A stretch of DNA of 24,000 nucleotides from Pseudomonas phage vB_PpuP-Pori-2: the sequence record PP496466.1; one strand, 5' to 3'. A model generated the notes under the pieces. It did no database searches and was not told the origin of the DNA. It worked only from the letters and a program-made list of their open reading frames with translations. The translations under genes were made by a program, and so were the position numbers. This document shows, in pieces, positions 15,520-23,874 of the stretch (its first letter is position 1; each line of letters begins with the position of its first letter).

Positions 15520-15870
15520 GTGCAACGTACTGCATGTAACCTGCGTCTCGCAGAGCAGGCCAGCAAGTCTGACCGTGGCGCGGGCCTGAAGTTCGACGGC
15601 GGTAAGGGCCGGTGGTCCTTGATGATGCAGGGCTGTGCTGCGGCGCTGGCTGGTGTCGTTGAGGTGCTGGGCTTCGGTGCCAAGAAGTACGCAGCCCATA
15701 GCTGGAAGCAGGTGGAGAACGGTGAGGAGCGCTACCGCGATGCCCTCTACCGCCACCTCCATGCTATCGAACGCGGCGAGGAGCTGGACCCAGAGAGCGG
15801 CCTACCGCACTGGGACCACCTCTGCTGCAACGCGCTGTTCCTCAGTACCAAGTACCACGAGAGCAAGTAA
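15520..15870 (+). CDS. dATP/dGTP diphosphohydrolase N-terminal-domain-like protein; start uncertain
   Basis: GLKFDGGKGRWSLM...EVLGFGAKKYAAHSWKQVENGEERYRDALYRHLHAIERGEELDPESGLPHWDHLCCNALFL; only late GTG 15520 or ATGs about 140 nt upstream are available. Confidence 0.6.
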   Translation: MQRTACNLRLAEQASKSDRGAGLKFDGGKGRWSLMMQGCAAALAGVVEVLGFGAKKYAAHSWKQVENGEERYRDALYRHLHAIERGEELDPESGLPHWDHLCCNALFLSTKYHESK

Positions 15871-16137
15871 ATGATAGCAGCCCTGATAGTGTTTACCGCA
15901 GCCTACAGCACGGTGATGCTGCTGGGGCTGCAATCCAAACTGATGCGCGACAACAACTGGAAGATGTCGTTCTTCACAAGCTGGCTGATTACGCTGGCAC
16001 AAACTGCATCCACTTATGCGGTGGCACACAGCGTGCTGCCCATTGAGTGGTACATATTCTGGGCTGGTCTGGGCGGTAGCCTTGGCATAGTCTCTGCGCA
16101 CTTCATGTACGAATGGTACGACCGGAGAAACAAATGA
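15871..16137 (+). CDS. Small multi-TM membrane protein
   Basis: MIAALIVFTAAYSTVMLLGLQ...WYIFWAGLGGSLGIVSAHFMYEWYDRRNK. Confidence 0.75.
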   Translation: MIAALIVFTAAYSTVMLLGLQSKLMRDNNWKMSFFTSWLITLAQTASTYAVAHSVLPIEWYIFWAGLGGSLGIVSAHFMYEWYDRRNK

Positions 16138-16328
16138 ACGAGTTTACCTTGCCTGTATTTCGTGGCCTGTCTGACAGCCTGCAATGCGCAATCGCTATCC
16201 AGAACGAGGACGCCGTGTCTGCCGTACTGGTCAACGCCAGCGCTGCCTGTGACGCTGGTGCCATCACCATCAAGCAGTTTGACGAACTGGTAGCCGATGC
16301 ACAGGAAGAGGGCTACGAGTATGTTTGA
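16134..16328 (+). CDS. Small hypothetical protein
   Basis: ATGA overlap at 16134-16137; internal start of track ORF 16113..16328. Confidence 0.65.
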   Translation: MNEFTLPVFRGLSDSLQCAIAIQNEDAVSAVLVNASAACDAGAITIKQFDELVADAQEEGYEYV

Positions 16329-17232
16329 GCTGCCGAAGCGTAAGCATCTGGTACATAAGCCTGTGGAGTTCCGCAACCTGTGCGCCGAAGCTAAGAAGCG
16401 GATCGTATCTGTTTCCAACGATCAGTACATCTGGCAGCTCAAGTACGACGGGTGCCACGCCATCCTGATTAAGCAGGGTGACAAGTGCTGGACGTACAGC
16501 CGAGAGGGCAACCTCGTCAAGAGCATGGATCACGTCGAGAACGAGTTCGTGTTTGAGAACATGCAGGACGGCGTGTACTTCGGCGAGGCGTGGAACGCAC
16601 ACTGTACCTTCCCACAGATCAGCGGCATGTTCCGCCGACAGTACACCGAGTGCAACGGCAGGACAGGCACCCTGCAATACATCGTGTTCGACCGCGTGAC
16701 GCTGGAGGAGTTCACCATTGGCGTGAGCAACGAGAGCTACGGCGAACGCTGGCGCAAGCTGCACGACGACCTGATGACTGCCGAAGCTGCGCACTTCCGA
16801 CCCGCCCTGTCCTTCGTCTACAGCGACAAGGAGTTTGACGCTAGTGAGGCACGGCTGGTACAGGCCCGTGAGCATTGCATCTGCGGCACTGACGGCTACA
16901 TTGCCAAGCGTATCGGCGGTGACTGGACAGCAGGTGACGGCAAGAAGGGACAGACCATCAAGGTCAAGGACCACATCAGCGTGGATCTCCTGTGCGTAGC
17001 AGTGGAGGAAGGGAAGGGAAAGTTCGCAGGTATGATTGGCAGTCTGCTCGTAGAGTGGAAGGGGCAGGTCGTACCTGTATCCGGTGGCAAGCTCACGAAC
17101 GACGAGCGCGCAAACATACAGCTGTGTGGGAAGATCGTTGAGGTACACGCTCTGGGCCTGACACCCGACGGCCAACTGCGTGAACCACGTTACCAGCGTA
17201 TCCGGCACGACAAGACGGAGCCAAGTGAATGA
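16321..17232 (+). CDS. ATP-dependent DNA ligase
   Basis: WQLKYDGCHAI (KxDG), DGVYFGEAW, YIVFDRV, GTDGYIAKRIGGDW, TIKVKD motifs. Confidence 0.9.
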   Translation: MFELPKRKHLVHKPVEFRNLCAEAKKRIVSVSNDQYIWQLKYDGCHAILIKQGDKCWTYSREGNLVKSMDHVENEFVFENMQDGVYFGEAWNAHCTFPQISGMFRRQYTECNGRTGTLQYIVFDRVTLEEFTIGVSNESYGERWRKLHDDLMTAEAAHFRPALSFVYSDKEFDASEARLVQAREHCICGTDGYIAKRIGGDWTAGDGKKGQTIKVKDHISVDLLCVAVEEGKGKFAGMIGSLLVEWKGQVVPVSGGKLTNDERANIQLCGKIVEVHALGLTPDGQLREPRYQRIRHDKTEPSE

Positions 17233-17579
17233 AGACATTTGAAGTTGCGCCCTACGGTTTCCGGTTGCACTTCTGCACCGTGAAGAAGCAAGCTGTTGCA
17301 GCATATAAGGAGCAGACTGGTAAAGGGTTTGACGCCGACGTAGCTGGCTGTGCGTGGCAGAATGGGCTCGACTTCTACCTGTGTGTCTTTGATAAAGGCC
17401 CTGCCTGCATCGACACACTGGCCCACGAGATTGGCCACACGCTGATCGATATGTGTGGCCACATCGGCTACAACCCCAGCGGCGAGCAGGAGCCGTACTG
17501 CTACCTGTCTGGGTGGATGACCAAGACACTGATGTTTGCCCACCCTAAGTTCAAAGAGGCGTTGAATGAATCAAGTTGA
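17229..17579 (+). CDS. Putative zincin-like metallopeptidase/metal-binding protein
   Basis: CIDTLAHEIGHTLIDMCGH: HExxH-type motif; 116 aa. Confidence 0.6.
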   Translation: MKTFEVAPYGFRLHFCTVKKQAVAAYKEQTGKGFDADVAGCAWQNGLDFYLCVFDKGPACIDTLAHEIGHTLIDMCGHIGYNPSGEQEPYCYLSGWMTKTLMFAHPKFKEALNESS

Positions 17580-19965
17580 GCTTGAGAAAGATATGGTTGA
17601 CGGTGGGCGGGCCAAGGCGCTGGCCCACATCCACAACAACGAGGACCGTGGACAAGCTCACAACAACCCGTATGCACAGGCTGTGTATCGGCGCTTCGTC
17701 CAGCCGCTGGCCGACCTGATCCAGACGTACCTGACTGAGAAGAAGCGGGGCGTGCAGGCCGGGGCTAAGCAACTGCTCCGTGACTTCGACCCGCTTGTGT
17801 TGTCGTTTATCACCACCCGCACCCTGCTGGACTTCATGTCGAGCGAGGACTCGCGGGTTACTGCGGTGGCTGGCTCGCTGGGCCGAACCATCTACGGTGA
17901 GAAGCTGCTTACTGAGTTTGAGGAGATCAACAGCGAGCTGTACTACACGCTGGTAAACGACTTCGAGCGCCGCCTGACCAAGAACGAGCGGCACCGGATG
18001 GTGGTGTTCAAGCAGCAGGCCGAGAAGAATGGCATCCCGCTGCCTGTGTGGTCCTCTATGGACGTGGTAGGGGTAGGCAGTACCCTACTATACCTTGCCC
18101 GTGATGTCGGCCTCCTGACCATCAACCAGCTCGTTATAAACCGCAAGCCTACCTTGGTCTTCGATGTCTCACCGGACGTGAAGGGGCTGGTCGGGCAGAT
18201 CACGGACTTCGTGGCAGGCGGTTCGCCGATGGCCCTGCCGTGTATCGAGCCGCCTCGTGACTGGGTGTCCCCAAACAACGGTGGATACCACACCGAGGCG
18301 ATGCGCCGCCAGAGCCCCTGCTGCGTCCGTGGCAGGCAGGGCGTCGAGATCGAGACTGATGTACCACCCAACTGCCTGCGTGCCCTCAATCGCCTCCAGC
18401 GCGACCGCTGGGCCATCAACGCCCGTATCCTCGACGCGGTGGACGAGGTGTCCCAACACTTCGATGTGGGCGAGGTTCTGTCCCAAGCCGAGATGCCGAA
18501 GCCTGACCGCCCCGAGTGGCTGGGCGAGGACATGGGCAAGGACGAGATGACGCCTGAGCAGCTTCTGGAGTTCAGCCAATGGAAGGCACAGGTTCGGGAA
18601 TGGCACACCCAGATCAAGCTCAGGGGCGTTCAGTGGGGCCGGTACTATGAGGCGATCAGGGTGGCCCGGAAGTACCGGGATCTGCCGGTGTACTTCGTGT
18701 ACCAGTTCGACTACCGTGGCCGGATGTACGCCATGACCCGAGGCGTCTCGCCGCAGGGCAGCGACCTACAGAAAGCCCTGCTTATGGCTGGCGAGGGCGC
18801 ACCGATCAACACAACAGCGGCGCAGTTCTGGTTCAAGCTGGCAGCGTCTAGCCGCTTCGGCAACGACAAGCTGGACCTGAAGGACCGCATACAGTGGGTG
18901 GACGACAACCATGCTCTATTTCTCGCAATCGCAGAAGACGCTGTTTCAAATCGGCAATGGACTGAAGCTGACTGCCCATTTCAGTTTCTCGCATGGTGCT
19001 ACGAGTACGCTGAGTGGCGGGCTAATCCAAGCGGTTTTCTTACTCGACTTCCGCTGGGGCAAGACGGCAGCTGCAATGGACTTCAGCATTTCTCCGCGAT
19101 GCTGCGAGATGAAGCTGGCGGCGTGGCGACTAACCTCGTGGCGTCGAGTAAGAAGCAGGACATTTACGGTCTCGTGGCCATTCGCACTACTGAACTTGTA
19201 CTGGCAAGCGAAGACGACGACCAAGCCATAAGCCAGCGGTGGAAGAAGCACATCCTCTCCCGGTCACTGGTTAAGCGCTCGGTGATGACACTGCCTTACG
19301 GATCAACGCGGTTCAGCTGTGCAGAGTTCATCCTCAAGGAGTACATGAAGACTGGCCAAGCGCCGGAATTCACCAAGGAAGAGTACAACCGGGCAGCTAA
19401 CTGGCTCAGTTACAAGGTGTGGAAGGCCATTGCAGACGTGGTGGTCAAGGCTCCAGAGGCTATGGAGTGGCTCCAGAACGCCGCAGACGAGTTGGTATTA
19501 GCCGGTGCAGAACGCCTGACTTGGACTTCACCGTCTGGGTTCGTGGTGCGCCAGCGGTACAACAAGGTTGAGGCAACGCAGATCAACACACGGCTGCTGG
19601 GTAACATACGCATACAGCTGAAGGTAGGCGCAGTTGGCGCCGAGGCGGACAAGCGTGGTCATCGTAACGGCATTGCTCCAAACTTTGTACATAGCTGTGA
19701 CGCTGCCCATATGTGTCTACTCATTAATGCAGCGGAAGACGCAGAACTCGGCCATCTTGCTTTCATACATGATGACTATGGCGCTCTGGCTCCTGATGTT
19801 GCGAAGCTGCATGAGCTGATCCGTGACACGTTCGTCACTATGTACTTGGAACACAACCCGCTGCAAGAGTTCAAGGAACAGCACGGCATACAGGCAGATC
19901 TGCCAGCCGTAGGTAACCTTGACATAACTCTGGTCAAGCAGTCGCAGTTCTTCTTCTGCGGCTAA
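17566..19965 (+). CDS. Single-subunit DNA-dependent RNA polymerase
   Basis: YQFDYRGRMYAM, GQDGSCNGLQHFSAMLRD, KRSVMTLPYGS, GIAPNFVHSCDAAHM, terminal FFFCG. Confidence 0.97.
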   Translation: MNQVELEKDMVDGGRAKALAHIHNNEDRGQAHNNPYAQAVYRRFVQPLADLIQTYLTEKKRGVQAGAKQLLRDFDPLVLSFITTRTLLDFMSSEDSRVTAVAGSLGRTIYGEKLLTEFEEINSELYYTLVNDFERRLTKNERHRMVVFKQQAEKNGIPLPVWSSMDVVGVGSTLLYLARDVGLLTINQLVINRKPTLVFDVSPDVKGLVGQITDFVAGGSPMALPCIEPPRDWVSPNNGGYHTEAMRRQSPCCVRGRQGVEIETDVPPNCLRALNRLQRDRWAINARILDAVDEVSQHFDVGEVLSQAEMPKPDRPEWLGEDMGKDEMTPEQLLEFSQWKAQVREWHTQIKLRGVQWGRYYEAIRVARKYRDLPVYFVYQFDYRGRMYAMTRGVSPQGSDLQKALLMAGEGAPINTTAAQFWFKLAASSRFGNDKLDLKDRIQWVDDNHALFLAIAEDAVSNRQWTEADCPFQFLAWCYEYAEWRANPSGFLTRLPLGQDGSCNGLQHFSAMLRDEAGGVATNLVASSKKQDIYGLVAIRTTELVLASEDDDQAISQRWKKHILSRSLVKRSVMTLPYGSTRFSCAEFILKEYMKTGQAPEFTKEEYNRAANWLSYKVWKAIADVVVKAPEAMEWLQNAADELVLAGAERLTWTSPSGFVVRQRYNKVEATQINTRLLGNIRIQLKVGAVGAEADKRGHRNGIAPNFVHSCDAAHMCLLINAAEDAELGHLAFIHDDYGALAPDVAKLHELIRDTFVTMYLEHNPLQEFKEQHGIQADLPAVGNLDITLVKQSQFFFCG

Positions 19966-19988
19966 TTGGCTTACTACTTGGACAGGAG
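19963..19988 (+). promoter_or_regulatory. Phage RNAP promoter P3 (TAATTGGCTTACTACTTGGACAGGAG)
   Basis: Consensus match; TAA stop of RNAP forms the first three bases. Confidence 0.9.
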
Positions 19989-19994
19989 ACGTAA

Positions 19995-20459
19995 ATGATC
20001 ACTAAACTTTTATCTATCTATCGCAACATAGTTGCAGAGCGCTCAGTAGACGAGGTAGAGAAAGACCTCCGTAGAACGAGAGAGGACTACCACTACACAG
20101 CCAACGAACTGAACCAACTGAGATTAGTACAGGAGCGGACGGATAGGGAAGTAGATGCACTACGACAACTACTCACTGCACAGAAGGCAGAGACCAAACG
20201 ACTGCTGAAGACAATAGCAGAACGAGATAGCCGAATAGCAGCTCTGGGAGAAGCAGTACAGAGTCTTAATAATAGACCTGTACCAGAGAATAAGGTAGAG
20301 ATCCCTACCTTCGTTATGACAGAGAAGATGTACAGGGATCTACAGAAAGATCTTGAACCACCTATTGTGACAAACAATACCACGGCTCATGGTTGCGGCT
20401 ACCTCCTTGGTATGCAGCGGGTACTCAGTAAGCTAGAGGAACGTTATGTCTCACGTTAA
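19995..20459 (+). CDS. Coiled-coil hypothetical protein
   Basis: MITKLLSIYRNIVAERSVDEVEKDLRRTREDYHYTANELNQLR...; follows P3. Confidence 0.75.
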   Translation: MITKLLSIYRNIVAERSVDEVEKDLRRTREDYHYTANELNQLRLVQERTDREVDALRQLLTAQKAETKRLLKTIAERDSRIAALGEAVQSLNNRPVPENKVEIPTFVMTEKMYRDLQKDLEPPIVTNNTTAHGCGYLLGMQRVLSKLEERYVSR

Positions 20460-20931
20460 TGTCTACCGGTACAGCGGAGGCCAATTGGCTTACTACTTGG
20501 AACGGAAAGATATTGTTGACAACGAGGTGCTGGCTGCACTGTGGTGGCTGAAGCAAGGCTTAGAGGATCAAGACTGGAAACACGTCAAGATCCCCGACCA
20601 AGCTCTTGTGGATGAGGTGCTAGGAGAATGCGGTATCCTGTTTGCAGGAAACGCTATCGTAGCATTCACCGTAGCGGAGCCGTGGTTCCTCGTTGACCAG
20701 CTCACGATTTCCGAAGAGTTCATTGCACCACGTTGGAATGGTAGTGTCGATCTGGCCGAAGTCATGGCCGGGTTGGAGGCAGTAGGCAGGAAACATAACT
20801 GCCACCTAGTTTCCGTTGGCACCCGAGCCAATCTAAAACAGCGTGGACTGGCTGGCCTTTTCGAGAAGACAGGCGCAAGGCTGTCCACTATCGAACTGGT
20901 TAAGGAGATTCCTTATGAGCAAGAAAATTAA
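20446..20931 (+). CDS. Hypothetical protein, possibly GNAT acetyltransferase-like
   Basis: AFTVAEPWFLVDQLTISEEFIAP...MAGLEAVGRKHNCHLVSVGTRANLKQRGLAGLFEKTGARLSTIE; weak fold-level resemblance. Confidence 0.6.
   Translation: MSHVNVYRYSGGQLAYYLERKDIVDNEVLAALWWLKQGLEDQDWKHVKIPDQALVDEVLGECGILFAGNAIVAFTVAEPWFLVDQLTISEEFIAPRWNGSVDLAEVMAGLEAVGRKHNCHLVSVGTRANLKQRGLAGLFEKTGARLSTIELVKEIPYEQEN
20483..20505 (+). promoter_or_regulatory. Intragenic phage RNAP promoter P4 (AATTGGCTTACTACTTGGAACGG)
   Basis: 18-nt core AATTGGCTTACTACTTGG identical to the others; TAAT replaced by CAAT. Confidence 0.75.
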
Positions 20932-21460
20932 GAAGATCGCAAAGGGTGTGGTGAAGGTTGCCTCTCTCGGTGCGGTTGGTTCAGGCGGCTGGGGCGGTGA
21001 GGCTGTAGGCGCACTGTCCGGTGGCTTGGTGGGCGAGGACGTGTACGGCGGCAACGGTCTAAGTGGTATCCTTGGCGGTGTCACCGGTGCAGGCGCTGCT
21101 GCGTCAGCCACCGACGATCTGGCCAAGTCCAACGAAGCTATCGCCAAGCAGCAACTGGAGGCCCAGAAGGCAGCCAGTGACAAAGCCATCGCCAGCAACC
21201 GCGACATCGCACAACAGCAAGCAGCCTCGGCTTCTGCTGCTGCGGCTGAGCAAGCCCGTGCAAGTGCGCAGGCAATCCAGCTGAGCAACGACCGCAACAA
21301 CGCCATCGCTGCCGCCAACGACACTAAGTCCACTGACACCACCAGCGTTGACGTGGATCTGAACGCCGCACCGGACAGCGCCTCGGCACGCCGCAAGCGT
21401 TTCAACTCCGTGTCCACCAATGCTGGCGCCGGTAGCGGCGGTCCTGCAATTCGCATCTGA
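20915..21460 (+). CDS. Putative structural/tail-associated protein
   Basis: MSKKIKKIAKGVVKVASLGAVGSGGWGGEAVGALSGG... Gly-rich then Ala/Gln helical; directly upstream of portal. Confidence 0.6.
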   Translation: MSKKIKKIAKGVVKVASLGAVGSGGWGGEAVGALSGGLVGEDVYGGNGLSGILGGVTGAGAAASATDDLAKSNEAIAKQQLEAQKAASDKAIASNRDIAQQQAASASAAAAEQARASAQAIQLSNDRNNAIAAANDTKSTDTTSVDVDLNAAPDSASARRKRFNSVSTNAGAGSGGPAIRI

Positions 21461-21468
21461 GGTGGTCT

Positions 21469-23001
21469 ATGGAATATCGTCCCAATGACGAGCGTACTGC
21501 CCGAGCGGAGTTTGATCGTCTTGACGGCGACAGACAGACCATGCTCGACCGGTACGAACGGCTGGCGCAGCTGACCGTGCCGTCAGTTCTGCCGGACAAG
21601 GAATACAACAGCAAGCAGGACCAGCTAACCAATGGCTTCACCAGCCTCGGCAGCCAGTGCGTTACGCACCTGACGAACAAACTGATGAACGCCATGTTCG
21701 CCCCGTCCCGCCCGTTCTTCCGGCTGTCAGTCGGGAGTGAGAAGCTGCTCCAGTTGGCGCAGGCTCTGGGCGTGGACGAGGGGATTATCACCGACGCACT
21801 GGCACAGGGCGAACGTGATGCGATGGCTGAGCTGGAACGTGAGGGTGCAAGGGAAGCGCTGTACGAGGGCATGACTCACCTTGTCACCCTCGGCAACGTC
21901 CTGATGGACATGAGCGGCGACACGCTACAGTTCACCGGTATCCGCGACTACGTGGTACGCCGCAACGCTAAGGGCGTGTTCACCTGCTTGGTGATCCGTG
22001 AGTGCGTGCGGTTTGAGGATCTTGAGGAAGACGTACAGAAAGCCTACGCCAAGGTGCACGGCTACTGCAACGACCATCACGAACTCAACACCTACAAGCA
22101 GATCAAGCTGTGCAAGGGTATGTACCGCGAATCCTTCTGGGTTGAAGACCTAGACATGGGTGCGGCGTACTCCGGCAAGTATCGGCCTGAGAACGTGCCA
22201 TACCGTCCGCTGACGTGGCGCCTGCCGCTGCGACAAGACTACGGTGTGGGCCGAGTAGAAGAGTACGCCAACGACATCGCCACCAACGACTGCGTAGCCG
22301 AAGGGCTGGCAGACGGCGCGATCCTCGCCAGTCAGTACAAGTGGCTTGCCAACCCTGCCGGGATGACTCGCCCCGAGGACATGACCAACAGCATGAACGG
22401 TGCGGTGGTGCCGGGTGTAGAGGGCGACCTCGCACTGGTATTCGCCAACATCGGCCAGCAACTGCAAACCGTGCTCGCTATCGGACAGGACTACCAGCGC
22501 CGCCTCGGTGCAGGGTTCATGCTGTCCAGTGCAGTGACGCGGGACGCTGAGCGTGTGACGGCAGAAGAGATCAAGATTCAAGTCATGGAACTGGAGTCGT
22601 CCTTGGGCGGCGTGTACAGTCGGCTTGCCTTGAGCATCCAGACGCCTCTCGCTACTTGGCTGATCAAGCGTGCCAAGATCAACATCAAGGGTACACAGAT
22701 CAAGCCAGTGGTTATCACCGGCCTCGACGCACTGTCCCGAAATGGTGACCTTGAGCGCATGCGTGCATTCCTCACCGACGTAACCGCACTCGACAACGTA
22801 CAGCCGCAGACGAAGGCCACACTCAACGTGAACAACATCGTCAGCGACATGGCTGCCGGTAACGGTGTGGACAAAGGACGCTACGTCCTGCCGCCTGCAC
22901 AACAGCAGCAGAACCAGAACCAAGCCGACGTTGAGGCGCTGGGCCGTCAGGCCGCAGTGAACACCGTTGACGCCAATACCATTCCAGAGACTCAGCAATG
23001 A
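21469..23001 (+). CDS. Head-tail connector (portal) protein
   Basis: 510 aa, EYNSKQDQLTNGFTSLGSQCVTHLTNKLMNAMFAPSRPFFRL, typical T7-like portal; SD gaggtgg upstream. Confidence 0.93.
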   Translation: MEYRPNDERTARAEFDRLDGDRQTMLDRYERLAQLTVPSVLPDKEYNSKQDQLTNGFTSLGSQCVTHLTNKLMNAMFAPSRPFFRLSVGSEKLLQLAQALGVDEGIITDALAQGERDAMAELEREGAREALYEGMTHLVTLGNVLMDMSGDTLQFTGIRDYVVRRNAKGVFTCLVIRECVRFEDLEEDVQKAYAKVHGYCNDHHELNTYKQIKLCKGMYRESFWVEDLDMGAAYSGKYRPENVPYRPLTWRLPLRQDYGVGRVEEYANDIATNDCVAEGLADGAILASQYKWLANPAGMTRPEDMTNSMNGAVVPGVEGDLALVFANIGQQLQTVLAIGQDYQRRLGAGFMLSSAVTRDAERVTAEEIKIQVMELESSLGGVYSRLALSIQTPLATWLIKRAKINIKGTQIKPVVITGLDALSRNGDLERMRAFLTDVTALDNVQPQTKATLNVNNIVSDMAAGNGVDKGRYVLPPAQQQQNQNQADVEALGRQAAVNTVDANTIPETQQ

Positions 23002-23765
23002 CCGACGAAGTAGTTGTACAGACAGCACCTGAACAAGCACCAGCCCCAGCCGTAACGGTTGAACCGCTGGCGATCAAGAGCCCAGTACCTGCTCCAGAGC
23101 CAGCCGCTGACAAGGGCAAAGGCAAGAACGAACCCGAAGAGATTGTCTACGAACAGACTGGCGATGCCAAGCTGGATCTGGCACTCGGCTTCTTCGGGCG
23201 GCAAGGACTGGACGCCGACCACCCTGCAATCCAAGCTGCGGCCAACGGCGATTTCTCGCTGCTGGAAGCTGAGCTTGCATCGAAGGACGCCAAGGGCTGG
23301 CAGCAGTATGTAGCGCTGGCCAAGGAATCCCACGGCAACCATGCCAAGTCGGTGCAGGAGAAGGAGGCCAGCATTACCAATGCCGTCGCCGAAACTCTGG
23401 AACGTCACGGCTACACCAACGAGCAGTGGGGCGAGGCGATCTCATGGGTGCGGCAGGAAGCTGCGGAAGACGTGCCTGAGATTAACCGCATGCTGGCCTC
23501 TGGTCCGCTGGCGGCTAAGGCCATCACCGCGTTCATCCTCGCCAACCACCGTGAAGCCAGCGGCGTGGAGTACACTCCGCAAGCCAAGGGCGTCAAGGAT
23601 GAAGCTGGTGCCAATGCCGGTGCAGCTGCGAAGAGTCTTGAGCCTATGAGCAAGGCCGAGTTCTCCCGCGAGGCTGAGAAACTGGCCCGCGCCTTCGGCC
23701 CTGACTACATGTCAAGACCGGAGTATAAGCAGATCCGTGCACGCGCCGGTTACCAGAACCGTTAA
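22998..23765 (+). CDS. Capsid scaffolding protein
   Basis: Acidic, Glu/Ala/Pro-rich; between portal and capsid; SAEREFxxxARAFG-like C-terminus. Confidence 0.85.
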   Translation: MTDEVVVQTAPEQAPAPAVTVEPLAIKSPVPAPEPAADKGKGKNEPEEIVYEQTGDAKLDLALGFFGRQGLDADHPAIQAAANGDFSLLEAELASKDAKGWQQYVALAKESHGNHAKSVQEKEASITNAVAETLERHGYTNEQWGEAISWVRQEAAEDVPEINRMLASGPLAAKAITAFILANHREASGVEYTPQAKGVKDEAGANAGAAAKSLEPMSKAEFSREAEKLARAFGPDYMSRPEYKQIRARAGYQNR

Positions 23766-23770
23766 ACGAG

Positions 23771-23793
23771 TCCCCGCCCTCGCAAGGCGGGGA
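23771..23793 (+). terminator. Stem-loop terminator-like element between scaffold and capsid genes
   Basis: TCCCCGCC-CTCGCAA-GGCGGGGA perfect 8 bp stem followed by TTT. Confidence 0.6.
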
Positions 23794-23809
23794 TTTCGCA
23801 CGTCCATAG

Positions 23810-23835
23810 TAATTGGCTTACTACTTGGATAGGAA
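23810..23835 (+). promoter_or_regulatory. Phage RNAP promoter P5 (TAATTGGCTTACTACTTGGATAGGAA)
   Basis: Consensus match immediately upstream of the major capsid gene. Confidence 0.9.
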
Positions 23836-23874
23836 CATTTTCCACCTTAACTTTTCTCGCAAGGAGAGCCTATC

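Noticed and set aside
16270-17529. 419-aa reverse-strand ORF
   Set aside because: Antisense to DNA ligase and the HExxH gene, which have recognisable motifs; low-information composition; explained by codon-usage bias on the coding strand.
18917-19251. Extra forward/reverse ORFs (18911..19231 +, 18946..19251 -) inside RNAP
   Set aside because: Continuous RNAP frame with catalytic motifs covers the segment; extra ORFs are consistent with the local composition shift, not an inserted gene.
22150-23040. 296-aa reverse-strand ORF
   Set aside because: Fully antisense to the portal gene; no SD or motif; shadow ORF.
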